Shown here: positions 12,739 through 26,500 of the stretch, piece after piece
Position numbering within the stretch: position 1 is the first letter of the stretch
Layout of the letters: the number at the start of each line of letters is the position of its first letter
Assembly (NCBI RefSeq): GCF_006345805.1
Contig: NC_043025.1
Span: forward strand, 4,898,001-4,962,000
Source of the DNA: Octopus sinensis
Lineage: Eukaryota
Length of the DNA stretch: 64,000 nt
Reading direction: 5' to 3'
Notes under the pieces: generated by a model
What the model was told of the DNA's origin: nothing
The model's input: only the letters and a program-made list of their open reading frames with translations
Databases searched by the model: none
Made by a program: the position numbers and the translations under genes

Positions 12739-13631
12739 TATATATAGATAGATAGATAGAAACTCCTTTCAGATACACACACACACACTCTCTCTCTCAT
12801 TTTCTCCCCATTCCTCATCCTCTTTTACTATCCTATATCTCTCTCCACCCCTACACACTCAATAATACTATAAAAAGAGACAAATCCTCTCAAACAAATT
12901 CAAATCTGAAGAATCTACTAGAGTAGATGCAAGCGCCAATATATGATTTATAAAAACATTAATAAAAATCTCTGAATGTACAACCATTGATAAACACAGA
13001 GATGATAGATACATAAGTTCGGATAGATATGTATCATCATTTTAATATCTACTTTTCCATGCTTGCATGGATTAGATGAGAAATATCCTGAAGCAGATTT
13101 TTTCAACACCTGGATGCTCTTCCTGTTGCCAATCCTCACCTGTTTCCAAGCCAAATAAGATATTACAACGATGATGATGATGATGGTGGTGGTGGTGGTC
13201 CATTGGCACATTATTTATCAACCCCTGGAAAGATAAAAGGCAAACTCGACCTTGTTGGGATTTCAACTCCGTGGTCAGAGAGCCAGAGTAAATACCACAA
13301 GGTATCTTTTTTTGATGCTGTACTAATTCTGCCAATCTCTCATGCTGGGCTGTCACTATATTTCATTGATTTACAAGAAGGGATAACAAGCGAAGCTGGA
13401 TTTGGTGGGATTTTATCTCAGAGATCAGAGGCACCGGGTATTGACTGCTACGCTCTGATGGTTCTGTTGCTTTGCTACCCGTAGGAATGAAAATAAATAA
13501 ATGGAGTGGGGAGGTGGGGGGAAAGATAGGAGTGATGGTCACGGTTGGAGACACATTTGATGACAGGTCTGTTCAATCAGGGCTGAACTGTGACTTACTA
13601 AATAACAAGAATGGTTTCCTCCTCTTCTGGG

Positions 13632-14003
13632 CCACCACCACCACCACCATTATTACTGCTGCTACTACTATTAGAAGAACTACCACTATCACTACAACTA
13701 CCACCACCACAACCACTATCACTACTACTACTACTACTACTAATACCACCACCACCATCACTACTACTACTCCTACTACTTTTACCACTACTACCATTAC
13801 TACTACTTTTACCACTACTACCATTACTACCACCACCACCATCACTACTACTACTCCTACCACCACTACTACTACTACTCCTACCACCACCACTACTACT
13901 TTTACCATTACCACCACTACTACTACTACTACTGTCACTGCCTCCGCCATCGCTACCACTACTACAGCCACCACCACTACAACTGCTACCACAACCACCA
14001 ACA
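13632..14003. repeat. (ACT/ACC)n compound trinucleotide microsatellite
   Basis: About 370 bp of act/acc triplets that translate as poly-T, poly-V or poly-L/P depending on frame. Confidence 0.9.
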
Positions 14004-14247
14004 CCTCAGTGGCCCTCAGAGAGAAATGTTACTTATGTCTTTTGTGTGTGTGTGTATGGGCTGCTGGTGGGGGGGGGACGTCCTGCAGCCTTGTTCAGTG
14101 GGGGGTGAGTGGAGAGGTTTGTAGGGCAAGGGGGGACGGGTTGGTGGTGGTGGTGGTGGTGATGGCGGTGGGGATAGCTGCCAAAATAAAACTGTGGAAT
14201 GTTCTATCACAGGTTTGGAATGAATTACTGTCCAATATGACTACATC

Positions 14248-14289
<42 letters not shown>

Positions 14290-14299
14290 TGTGTTGTGT

Positions 14300-14334
<35 letters not shown>

Positions 14335-14691
14335 GGTGGGCAGTTTCTTTGTTTTGTTTTGTTTTGTTTTAATATATTATATAGCTAGGGTCACTGACTG
14401 ACTCAGTTATGTACGTATGTACGGGACATTACATTTTGTTGGGGGGGTGGGGTGGAAGGGTGTTTGTTGCGTTGTACGTGTACATTGACACACATGCACA
14501 CAAAAAAATTACACGAATAGTATTTATATGTGTATACATGCATAAAGATATACACACACACACACACACACACACATATCTACATATACACACACACACA
14601 CACATATATATCTACATATACACACACACACACATATATATCTACATACATATGCACACACATGCATTTGCATTTATGTATAGAAACTTGC

Positions 14692-14748
<57 letters not shown>

Positions 14749-15881
14749 TGCATATATATTTATGTATAGAAACTTATGCATATATATATATATATATGTG
14801 CATACACTCACTGACATGCATATTCAAATATGTATAGATGTAGAGCAACATATGCATATATATGTATATGTGTATATATATGCATGTATATGTATGTGTA
14901 TATTTATGTGTATATATATATATATATGTGTATGTGTGTATATATATATGTGTGTGTGTGTATATATATATATGTATATTTATGCATACTTATATATGTA
15001 TATACTTGTGTATTTATACATACTTATATATGTATATATTTGTATATCTATACATATTTATATATATATATATATGTATGTATTTGTATATTTATACATA
15101 TTTATATATATATAACATGTATATTGTATATGTATACTATATATATATATAATGTCTATATATATATTATATATATATATATAATATATATATTATAATA
15201 TAATATACATATATCGGGGACATAGGTTCCCTGTGAGTGTGCATTTATGAATATATGTATGAATATAGTTTCCGTTTACTTTATGCCACAGGGCCTGTAC
15301 CCTGTTCCCTCCACTCTCATGTTAGAACTCTGCAGTGTCTAATATATATGTTTGTCACAAATATAAAGTAAATACGATTATGTATATCCAAACAGGTGGA
15401 TCAACGGGGACTGTCAGGGGTGGAAGGACAAAAGAACAAAACAATAATTCGGATTATTATTTAATCCTGTTTACCTAACATGTCAAAATGTATTGTTGTG
15501 TGTTCGAGAGAGGTGAGGGATGCATGGCCTAGTGGTTAGGGTGTTGCACTCGCGATTGCATGATCGTGGTTTCAGTTCCTAGATCAGGTGGTGCACTGTG
15601 TTTTTAAGCAAAACACTTCAACTCGTGTTGCTCCGCTGTCGCTTTGACCCCTGACATGGATTGATTTGATGGAGGGAGTGAGCTAATATTACAGTACATG
15701 CGATTGATCAATACAAACAAATCATTTGTGTGCAAGTCATTCACTAAAAGCTGAACACTTATATATGCGTCTATCATATATATATATGTATATATATGTA
15801 TATATATGTATATATATGTATATGTATGTATGTTTATACATGTATGTATATATAGGTATGTGTATATGTATGTATATATAT

Positions 15882-16075
15882 AGTGAGAATTTAAAAAAAA
15901 CAAAAGATGAAGATGGGTGTGTAAACAACAGACAGATATATTAGTTAAATGCTCAGGAAGTGAGAGGAAAGTCTTTTACGTTTCGAGCCTATGCTCTTCG
16001 TCAGAAAGGAACACAGAAATAAACAGGGAGAGAAAATAGAAAAAGGTTTAGTGGCTAGCGATCTATCATGGCGAA
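15882..16075. mobile_element. ~200-bp dispersed repeat in (TA)n, probably a Penelope-type terminal-repeat remnant; second copy at ~18205-18420
   Basis: Both copies share aaaaaacaaaaga.gaaga...attagt...ctcaggaa...tttcgagccta.gctcttc...gatctatcatgg. The second copy has a decayed hammerhead core (CTGTAGA). Confidence 0.55.
15973..16008 (-). ncRNA. Minimal hammerhead ribozyme motif inside a ~200-bp dispersed repeat
   Basis: Minus strand reads CTTT-CTGACGA-A-GAGC ATAG GCTC-GAAA-CG-TA-AAAG, with a palindromic ACGT stem III and a 4-bp stem I. Confidence 0.5.
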
Positions 16076-16397
16076 TATATGTGTGTGTGTGTGTGTGTGT
16101 GTGTAGGTTGTATATATATATATAATATATATATATATATAATATATATATATGTATATATATTAGAAGAAAGAAGAAATGGTAATCAGAAGATCGGATG
16201 GTTTATATTTACAGATATTATTGTATATTACATTTTTTATATATATATATCATATCACTTAGATCATTAGCGCTTTCTCCCATTCTAGTGGGGTTTTCAA
16301 ATCAAAATATATATGTATAACATGTATATACATGTATATGTATATGTATATATATATGATTGTATGTGTATGTATGTATATGTATGTATATACATAA

Positions 16398-16460
<63 letters not shown>

Positions 16461-17037
16461 TTTGTTTACATACATAACCGTCCCATGTGTCAAGTGTAAC
16501 CTTCACATTTCAAATTCCAGAACTTCCAACAAAACCTCAATTAAATAAACAACAACACACAAACACACATACACGCATTCATTCATGAAAACACACACAT
16601 ACACACGCAAATACTTCGTCATACACCTGCATACACAATCTCGTCAGCTACATACATTGGAATTCAACACAAACCCTTCTCTCTCACGCACACACACATA
16701 GTGTTAACTACACATTTCAACAAATGTACATATTGCACACACACACACACACACGCACATACATACACATGCTCGCATACACACACACACACACATATTT
16801 GAAGCTGATGATTTTGGCCATCGTCCTTCGCTATTTTACTTACTTTACTTTACTTGTTTCAGTCATTAGACTGCGGCCATGCTGGAGCACCGCCTTTAGT
16901 CGAGCAAATCAACCCCAAGACGTATTCTTTGTAAGCCCAGTACTTATTCTATCGGTCTCTTTTGCCGAACTGCTAAGTGACGGGGACGTAAACACACCAG
17001 CATCGGTTGTCAAGCAATGCTAGGGGGACAAACACAG

Positions 17038-17074
<37 letters not shown>

Positions 17075-18136
17075 CATATATACGACAGGCTTCTTTCAGT
17101 TTCCGTCTACCAAATCCACTCACAAGGCATTGGTTGGCCCGGGGCTATAGCAGAAGACACTTGCCCAAGATGCCATGCAGTGGGACTGAACCCGGAACCA
17201 TGTGGTTGGTTAGCAAGCTACTTACCACACAACCACTCCTGCGCCTTGTATGTATTTAGCTATTGCAAGTGTGGTTAAGAAATTTGCTTGCTAGCAACGT
17301 GGTTCAGGGTTCAGTACCACCTTGAGCAGCTGGACTGAGCTGGCAGAAACGTTAGCACGCCGGCCGAAATGTGTAGCCGTATTTTGTCTGCCGTTACGTT
17401 CTGGGTTCAAATTCCGCCGAGGTCAACTTTGCCTTTCATCCTTTCGAGGTCGATAAATTAAGTACCAGTTACGATCTGGGTCGATGTAATTGACTTAATC
17501 CGTTTGTCTGTCCTTGTTTGTCCCCTCTGTGTTTAGCCCCTTGTGGGTAGAAAAGAAATATATTATAGCCCTGGGTCGAGCAAAGCTTTGTGAGTTGATA
17601 TGGTAGACAGAAATTGCCCTTCCTAATACCAGCCAGTTTACAGAATGTACTCTTTTACTTGTTTCGGTCATTTGACTGTGACCATGCTGGAGCACCGCCT
17701 TTTAGTCAAGCAAATCAACCCCAGGACTTATTCTTTGTAAGCCCAGTACTTATTCTATCGGTCTCTTTTGCCGAACCGCTGAATTACGCGTATGTAAACA
17801 CACCAGCATTGGTTGTCAAGCCATATTGGGTGGGTGGGGTGACAAACAGACACACAAACATATACATACATGATGGGCTTCTTTTCAGTTTCCGTCTACC
17901 AAATCCACTCACAAGAACTATTCTAAATTCAACCTCTTTACACACACATACACACACACACACATACATATAAGACTTTGGTCGGCCCGAGGCTATAGTA
18001 GAAGACACTTGCCCAAGGCACCACGCAGTGGGACTGAACTCGGAACTATGTGGTTGGTAAGCTAGCTACTTACCACACAGCCACTCCTGCGCCTTTGTAC
18101 TTTTTTAGTGGCATCTGCACTAAATAAGGTTACCAA

Positions 18137-18208
<72 letters not shown>

Positions 18209-18418
18209 AGAGTTTACGAAAAAAAACAAAAGACGAAGACAGTTGGTGTATAAAACAAACAGATGTATTAGTATAACACTCAGGAATAGAAAAAGTCGTT
18301 TATGTTTCGAGCCTACGCTCTTCTACAGAAAGGGATACAGAAAAAACAAGGAGAGAAACATGGAGAGAAAAAAAGGAGAGACAAAAATGTGTGTAGCAGC
18401 TAATGATCTATCATGGTG

Positions 18419-18498
<80 letters not shown>

Positions 18499-19896
18499 GT
18501 GTGTGTGTGTGTGTGTAAAGAGGTTGAATTTAGAATAGTTCTTTAATTTGGAGATTTCCAAAAAAAGATTTCTAATATTGATTCTTCATATTTTGCTGGT
18601 TCACAGGTGTAAATTTGCAAATATGAAAATAATACTTGTATATGATGTGTTGTGAATTTATGGTAAGAAATCCCAAAAGACTCAATTATGCAGTTAATAT
18701 AGATGATATATTTATATATCATCATCATTATCATCATCATCGTTTAACGTCCGTTTTTCATGCTGGCACAGGGTTGGCAGGTTCGAGTGGGGTCCGGGAA
18801 GCCTGGAGGCTACACGAGGCCCCAATCTGATCTGGCAGTGTTTCTACAGCTGGATGCCCTTTCTAATCACTCCAAGAATGTAGCAGGTGCTTTTTACATA
18901 CTACTGGCACAAGGGGCCAGAGGATCGGATGGTACTTTTTACATGCCACCGGCATGGAAGCCAGTCAAGGCGGCACTGGCTTCGGACGCGTTCGGATGGT
19001 GCTTTTTACGTGCCACTGGCACGGGGCTCACAACTACAATTTCCATTTGATCTGATTTTGATATTGATGTTGATGTTGATGTACTTGACTTGGCATCGGC
19101 CACGTTCGGATGGTGCTTTTTGTGTGTGAATGTTTTCAAAATTCTTTGTCCGTAGGCGCAGGAGTGGCTGTGTGGTAAGTAGCTTGCTAACCAACCACAT
19201 GGTTCCGGGTTCAGTCCCACTGCGTGGAATCTTGGGCAAGTGTTTTCTGCTATAGCCCCGGGCCGACCAATGCCTTGTGAGTGGATTTGGTAGACGGAAA
19301 CTGAAAGAAGCCCGTCGTATATATGTATATATATATATGCATGTGTGTGTGTTTGTGTCTCTGTTTGTCCCCCTAGCATTGCTTGACAACCGATGCTGGT
19401 GTGTTTACATTCCCGTTACTTAGCGGTTCGGCAAAAGAGACCGATAGAATAAGTACTGGGCTTACAAAAGAATAAGTCCCGGGATCGAGTTGCTCGATTA
19501 AAAGGCGGTGCTCCAGCATGGCCGCAGTCAAAATGACTGAAACAAGTAAAAGAGTAAAGAGAAGGGAGTCCATACTTCTTCCTCATACAAAAGTGTGCTC
19601 AAAATACACGATTTGCATAGGCTTATTTTAGCTTACAGACTGACGCCACATCCATCTTACAAGCGATGGGAAAATTTCCCCAAAGCACTTGTACCCTTAG
19701 ATATTGATTTCATCAACAAGGGTACTCTTGTAGTAAAGATTATTTGCCAAACATAACATGGCAGTCCTGGTTTAGGATGAATGTTGCTGTAATTTATCCC
19801 CAAGAGACATTGTGTCCAGCTAGCTATACGACACGATCTGTGTCCTTATATTTTCGAACAAGGGAATCTAGCACCCCTACTCAGCTCAAAACAATA

Positions 19897-19941
19897 TCTG
19901 TGTATCGTGATTTCCGGGTTATTTCCCTTCATCAGCACAGA
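19897..19941 (-). ncRNA. Type I minimal hammerhead ribozyme motif (Penelope-type) at the top of a long hairpin
   Basis: Minus strand reads TCTGTG-CTGATGA-AGGG AAATAA CCCG-GAAA-TCACGA-TA-CACAGA. Stem I (TCTGTG/CACAGA) is extended by AAACAAT/ATTGTTT and GGAATCTAGC/GCTAGATTCC out to ~19851-19971. Confidence 0.65.
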
Positions 19942-20295
19942 ATAATTGTTTGGCTAGATTCCTGTTCAAAATATTTAGTTTTCAAAGGGACAACTAGTCA
20001 CTGATCTATGAATTAGGAAATTAGAAAAGAAGCCTGTCATATGTATGTGTCTGTTTGTCCAACCCTGCCCCACCAGCGCTTGACCACCGATGTTGATGTG
20101 TTTATGTCCCTGTAACTTAGTGGTTCGGCAAAAGAGACCAACACACTAAATACTAGGCTTACAAAGAATAAGTCCTGGGGTCAATTTGTTCGACTGAAGG
20201 TGGTGCTCCAGCATGGCCGCAGTCAAATGACTGAAACGAATAAAAGAATTAAAGAATATGCACACACACACACACACACACATACACACACACAT

Positions 20296-20329
20296 AGTAA
20301 TCTTTTCTTTTTCTGCTTGTTTTTTTCAG
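20296..20329 (+). promoter_or_regulatory. Candidate 3' splice acceptor upstream of the giant coding exon
   Basis: A branch-like AGTAAT is followed by the polypyrimidine tract tcttttctttttctgcttgtttttttCAG ending at 20329, 227 nt before the ATG. This implies one or more upstream exons, which I could not locate. Confidence 0.6.
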
Positions 20330-20556
20330 TGTGACCCCTGACTGACCAGAAGCAGGCCTGCCTCCAACCAGTCCAATCCAGTCAGGACAAGTCATCTGAC
20401 CAATCCTTCTATTTATTAATCTATTTATCTACGTACCTATTTATCTGTCTATTTACCTGCCTGCTTAAATATCTACATTTATTTATCTACATATCTATAT
20501 TTATCTATATTCTTTATATATACACACATATATATATATATATACATATCTACCCA

Positions 20557-23500
20557 ATGGCTGTACAATTCTCAAACAGGACCCTGTTGTCCACCACTGA
20601 CCAAAGCAACCACCGATACTGGGCCGAGTTTGAATACAAACCAGTGAAAGAAGGAAGCAGCATGTATGTCTTCAAAGGTCGACTCAACGGTGATGGCCCC
20701 AGATCGGGAGAATACTGTGCTGTTAAGATGTTCCGCAAATTTGTTGCCGAACCGTCCGACTGGAACCAATACGTGGCAAAGGCAAACATGGCAAACATCT
20801 TGGCGGAGAAATTCAACAACAAGCTGAAAGGCCAGTATAAGGTACAGTTCTTGATTCCGATTCTGGCACATCTTGACACGGTGTCTACCTGTACCGGTTG
20901 TCTTTACTGGTGTTCTGACATCAAGGCCATTGACACAGACGATTGTGTGGTCGTTGAACCCTATTTACGGCACGGTTTTCGAAAGTTTTATCGCAACAGT
21001 CCCTTAAAAGGAGCTGAGAATGCTTACATCTTGCAGGCCTTTAGCCATTTTACTGCTTGTGAAACTTGCGATACCCTGGTCTGTGGTCTCCAAGGTATTG
21101 CCCACGAGAATGAGTTCAAACTGACCAATCCCATTATACACTCATCTGACAAGCAATGGGGGTCAACAGATAAAGGTCGGTCGGGCATAAAGAGTTTTTT
21201 TAGGAATCACTCGTGCAATCGGATCTGTAAAACTTTGAACTTGCCGTTTCTGCTGGAGACAAATGAAATCAACGGCAGCGTGTCGACAATAAATAACGCT
21301 GAAGACGAAGAGGCCGTGGAAGATGATGATGTGAAGAATTCCGATGAAGCGAGAAAAACGAAGATGAGAGATGCAAACGTTGGGACTGATTCTGACAACT
21401 TTGGTGAAGAGACACTCGTTAAGGAAGCAGTCGAAACAACAAAGAAAGATAACGAGGGTGATGATAATGACAGAGATGGGAAACAAGATGAGGAGGATGC
21501 TGGCAAGGAAGATAAAAAAGCTGTGGGAGAGAAACTGCATGAGAACACCGAAGAGGATGCAGAGCATAAGGAAGAACAGATAGATGCCAATGTGGAAAAG
21601 AAGCCAGGAGAAATTGCTGAAAAGAGCAAAGAAAAGAAAGCGGAAAATAAAATAGATAAAAGTGTGGAAACTGAGCCATTTAACAATGTGGAAAACCTGG
21701 ATGGTTTTGGTGTAAGAAACGAATCTGTGATGAGTGAGAAAAAAATACCGGTTATAAGCGAGGGAGTCCAAGCCACTGTAAATGCACAAGTTGAGCCCAA
21801 TGCTAGTCCAAGAATGACAGCTGGGGTGTTTGTGGAACAGGGCCCTCTTTTAAGGGTGGAAAGTGAACCCGGCATATATCTGGAAGAGGGCCCATCAGTA
21901 AGCGCAGCAGACAGAACTGATAAAAGCGTGGAAGTAGATGCTGATGAAAAATTGATGGCAAATAAAGTTGATGAAGGTGTACAGAAGAATCTCGAGTCGG
22001 TCGGAAGTGTTACTGAGTTAGATGTCGGAACTGATGGGGAAGCAGCTTCTTATGTAGCTGGGACCCCTTTGAAAGTAATTCGAGGACATACTGGAGCAGC
22101 GTCGACACCAAGCAATGAAATCACTGTGATATCTGGATCTTTTGATGAGAGCTTCAAGGGGAGCCCAACGTCTGATGGCCGTGACCACTCCTACAGTAGC
22201 GATAGTAGCATTGATGAAATCAGCTACGACAATCTCATTGCTGAAAAGAAACCATTGGAACCCACAGAATTTGCTGGAGGAGAAACGAGTGTCCATGGCA
22301 AACACAATTTGGTACCAAACTATGAGGACGAGGAGAATGAAGACACAGGAATGGATTCAGGACCACCACATCACCGAGATGAAATTTACTTGCCGCCAAA
22401 GATTCTGCAGACGCCACCCAGCAACCGCACTGGGCGAATATTTGTGGTTCCAGTCTGCCGACAGACAGGTTCCGTGAGGAGCGCTACAAGTTCTGCTTCA
22501 GTGACGCCGCCAGTTTTCTTAGAAACGGTCAGCCCAATCTGTCGGTGCCCAGCAAGTTTCCAGCCCATAGCCAACAGCGACGATGTTGGCATTGGCGTTG
22601 GAAATAGCCCCAGTAGCAGGACCTCTCCTCTTCCACCTCTCTCTCCTCTAAGTACAGAAGAAATAAAAACAGATGGATGGTCAGAGCAGAGTTCAGATTT
22701 GGGCCCATCTGCAACACCCAACGATCAGCCTAATCCCCCTTCACCTTTATTTTCCTCAACTCCTACTCCAGTTGAACTGCCTCCTCTTCCTTCTCCTGTT
22801 CCTACTGAATCGCCTGCCCTTCTTTCTCCTCCTCCTCCTGCTGAATTACCTCCCCTTCCTCCTACCCCACATCCTACTGCCACTGCTAGGAACAGCATCA
22901 CCACCCCACCATCGCCTTCAACAACAACAACAACATCATCAGCTTTGCCTCGGTGTTTAAGGCAACTGACCAGTTGCTGTTCGATGCGTATGTCCAAGAA
23001 GAAGAAGAAGAAGAAAAAGGAGAAAGACGAGAGCCCCGGGTCGGTTACAGATCCTGTCACACTGTCACAGACTTCAAAAACTGAGGTGCCGGTGGAAACC
23101 CCCGGTTCCAAAAGCAGTGGGAAAAAACGGAGCAGGAGTTGGCGTACGGCGTGGCGCAGTCCGAAGACAAGCGGAACTTGTAGCACCTCTGATACAGAGG
23201 CATCCAGTCCAAAGAAGCCTGCCATGGTGTCAATTGAAATGAGTGCCCCAGAGGAGAGTGACAGCGCCATTTGTCCGAAGAACCCATTCCAAATGGTAAC
23301 AGATGGCCACGACGACACCAACCGCAACAACAACAATAACGACGATGATTATTACATCAATGCTTACATCAACAACAATAACAATAATATTAATAATAAT
23401 AATGACACTAGTGGTGTTGGTGGGAGTGAAGATCAGTATTATATGAACAACAACAGTAACCAAATCCACACCCATCAGATGGTTTTGCAAAAGGCTTTTG

Positions 23501-26500
23501 TGGAAAAGGGGCAACGCTTTACCTCTCCCCCACCACTGCTTCTTGACTCTGGACAGCCAGAGAGTAGCACCTATTGGGAGTACCATTGTATGAATCCAGA
23601 TGAAAGAGGAGCTGTTGGCGGTAGTGGTTGTAGGTGTTGTGGTGGTGTCGGTGGGAGCTGCAGCTGTTGTGGAAGCAGTGGCGAAAGGGATTTTAATCGA
23701 ATGGTTTCCGATAGCAAGACCCCACCACAGCTGGAAACCAGCACGAATGGCAGCAGTATCTCCATGACAACAGCAGACACCGACGCTGGTGCCGGTGACC
23801 AAAGTCATCATGAGTACGACACTCTTCCAAGACGAACTTTCGATATGGGTTTCGAGCCAAACCGTGGTGGTATCTGCGATACATTACCATGCAGGGGTGA
23901 CCTTTTCACCGTCGAAGTTCACTACAACGGTGAAGCTGTCCCAGAGTACAGGGCCGACCCAGCTGCAGCAATGTCGACAATGACAACAGCAGTGATAACA
24001 CCGCCAAAATTAGAAGCAATGACCGTAGCAACAACGTCTGCAATGCCATCGTCATCGTCTTTGACAGAAATCATAGAAATGGTGCCGAAGGACAGTATCG
24101 GAGACGTTGATCCAAGATTACCTGTTGACGGATACCCTCCACTGATGCATGACCATGAGAGCAGTAGCGGTCAGACCTTTTCTGGGTCTGAAACGACGGG
24201 TGTAACGACAGCAGGCCGAGTTGGAAGCGTTGGCGTTGCATTACGAGCGGAAGAGAATGATGGGGAAGAGGAGGAGAGGGCGGTGGCAGAAGAGGAAATT
24301 TTAGTGGCATCATCCTCCTTGGGATCAACAGCGCAAACTGCAGGAGGAGCACTGACAGATGCAGCAGCGGCAGCAGCAGAAACAATGGAGTTAACTCTAG
24401 CTGACAGAATACCAACATCTTCACAGCTGCCATTCTTAAAATCTTCAGTAGACACCCTTAATTCTAGAACCCCGGACACTGAAGGAACCATTTCTGTATT
24501 TTCAGGGTCAGTTCAAACGGGTACCGACAACACTAGTATCGCAGATGCCTCAACGGCTGGTACCAAACCCATGACACCAAAATGCTATGACGACGTTGCT
24601 TCGTCACTCGCCACTACTCCGACACCGTTGTCATTATCATCATCCTCATCTTCATCATCGACGCTATTGTTATTGCCCGGTGGGGGAACGTTACAAAAAG
24701 CTCGGTCAGAAGTCATGGAGAAAATCTCAACATCAACAGACGATCGTTCGTCGCAGGGTCCGAGGTCGGACATCCCGGACATTCCAGACATCCGGCTTTT
24801 GCTTTCAGAAGATGTCGATGATGATGATGATGGTGGTGGTGGTGATGGTGATGGTGATGGTGATGGAAAAACTATTGCTGCTGCTGGTGGTGGTGGTGGT
24901 GGGGCCGAAGATACTGCTGACATACCGTATATTGATGAATGCGATTCAGATGACAGTGTACAACAACAACAACAACAACAACAGCAACAGTGTGAACAAG
25001 ATGAGCAAAGTTCTGGCAAGGCTCGCATTGATACTTATGTCCTTGATCACCGTGTGGGTAAACATCAACAGCAATCTCTTGCAGTACCTTCCGATGGCAC
25101 ATGCGGTGAAGATCAGCAACAACAACACCAACAACTACTTGAGGTACCTTTTAGTCATACATATGGTGAAGAACAGCAACAGCGTCAACAATCCCTCGAG
25201 GTACCTTACAGCGACATAAATATCAAACAACAGCAATCTGAAGTACCTATTGATGTATGTTGGCAAGAAAAGCAACAACAATATGAGGTACCTGTTAGTG
25301 GTACATATGAACAACAGCAATACAAAGAATCCGAGGTACCTGTTCATATCTATGGTCAAGAACAACAACATGAGTTGCCTGTTAGTGACACATATGGTCA
25401 ACAACAACAGCAATGCCAGCCATCTGAGGTACCTTTTAGTGACATACATGGTCGCGATCAGCAGCAACAAACTGAGGTACCTTCTAGTGACATATATAGT
25501 CAACCACAAACTGAGGTACCTTCTAGTGACATATATAGTCAACCACAAACAGAGGTACCTTCTAGTGACGTATATAGTCAACACCAAACTGAGGTACCTT
25601 CTAGTGACATATATAGCCAACAGCAACAAACTGAGGTACCTTCAAGTGACATATATAGCCAACAGCAAACTGAGGTACCTTCTAGTGACATATATAGTCA
25701 ACAGCAAACTGAGGTACCGTCTAGTGACATATATAGCCAACAGCAACAAACTGAGGTACCGTCAAGTGACATATATAGCCAACAGCAAACTGAGGTACCT
25801 TCTAGTGACATATATAGTCAACAACAAACTGAGGTACCTTCTAGTGACATATATAGTCAACAACAAACTGGAGTACCTTCTAGTAACATATATAGCCAAC
25901 AGCAACAAACTGAGGTACCTTCTAGTGACATATATAGTCAACAGCAAACTGAGGCACCACCTACTGACGTACATGGGCAACAACACTATCAGCAATCTGA
26001 GGTACCTTGCAGTAATATATATAGCCAGGAACAAAATCAACAAACTGAGGTACCATCTACTGACATATATGGCCAACAACAGCAATGTCAACAATCTGAG
26101 GTACCTTCTACTGACATATATGGTCAACAGCAACAACATCAACAATTTGAGGTACCCTCTACTGACATATATGGTCAGCAAGAATATCAACAACCTGAAG
26201 TACCTTCTAGTGAAATATATAGTCAACAGCATCAGCTCCAACAAACTGAGGTACCTTCTAGTAACATATATAATCAACAATCTAAGGTACCTTCTACTGA
26301 CATATATGACCAACAACAGTATCAACCATCTGAGGTACCTTCTGCTAACATACATAGTCAACAACAGCAGTTTGAGGTACCCTCTACTGATACATATGGT
26401 CAACACCAGCACCAACAGAGTGAGGAACCTTCTAGCAACATCTATAGTCCACAACAGCAATTTGAGGTACCCTCTAGCGATATATATGGTCAACAACAAC

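Noticed and set aside
13472-14401. 309-aa Thr-rich mucin-like ORF
   Set aside because: It is made of (ACT/ACC)n and (GT)n microsatellites, is open in several frames, and has no domain or clear splice context.
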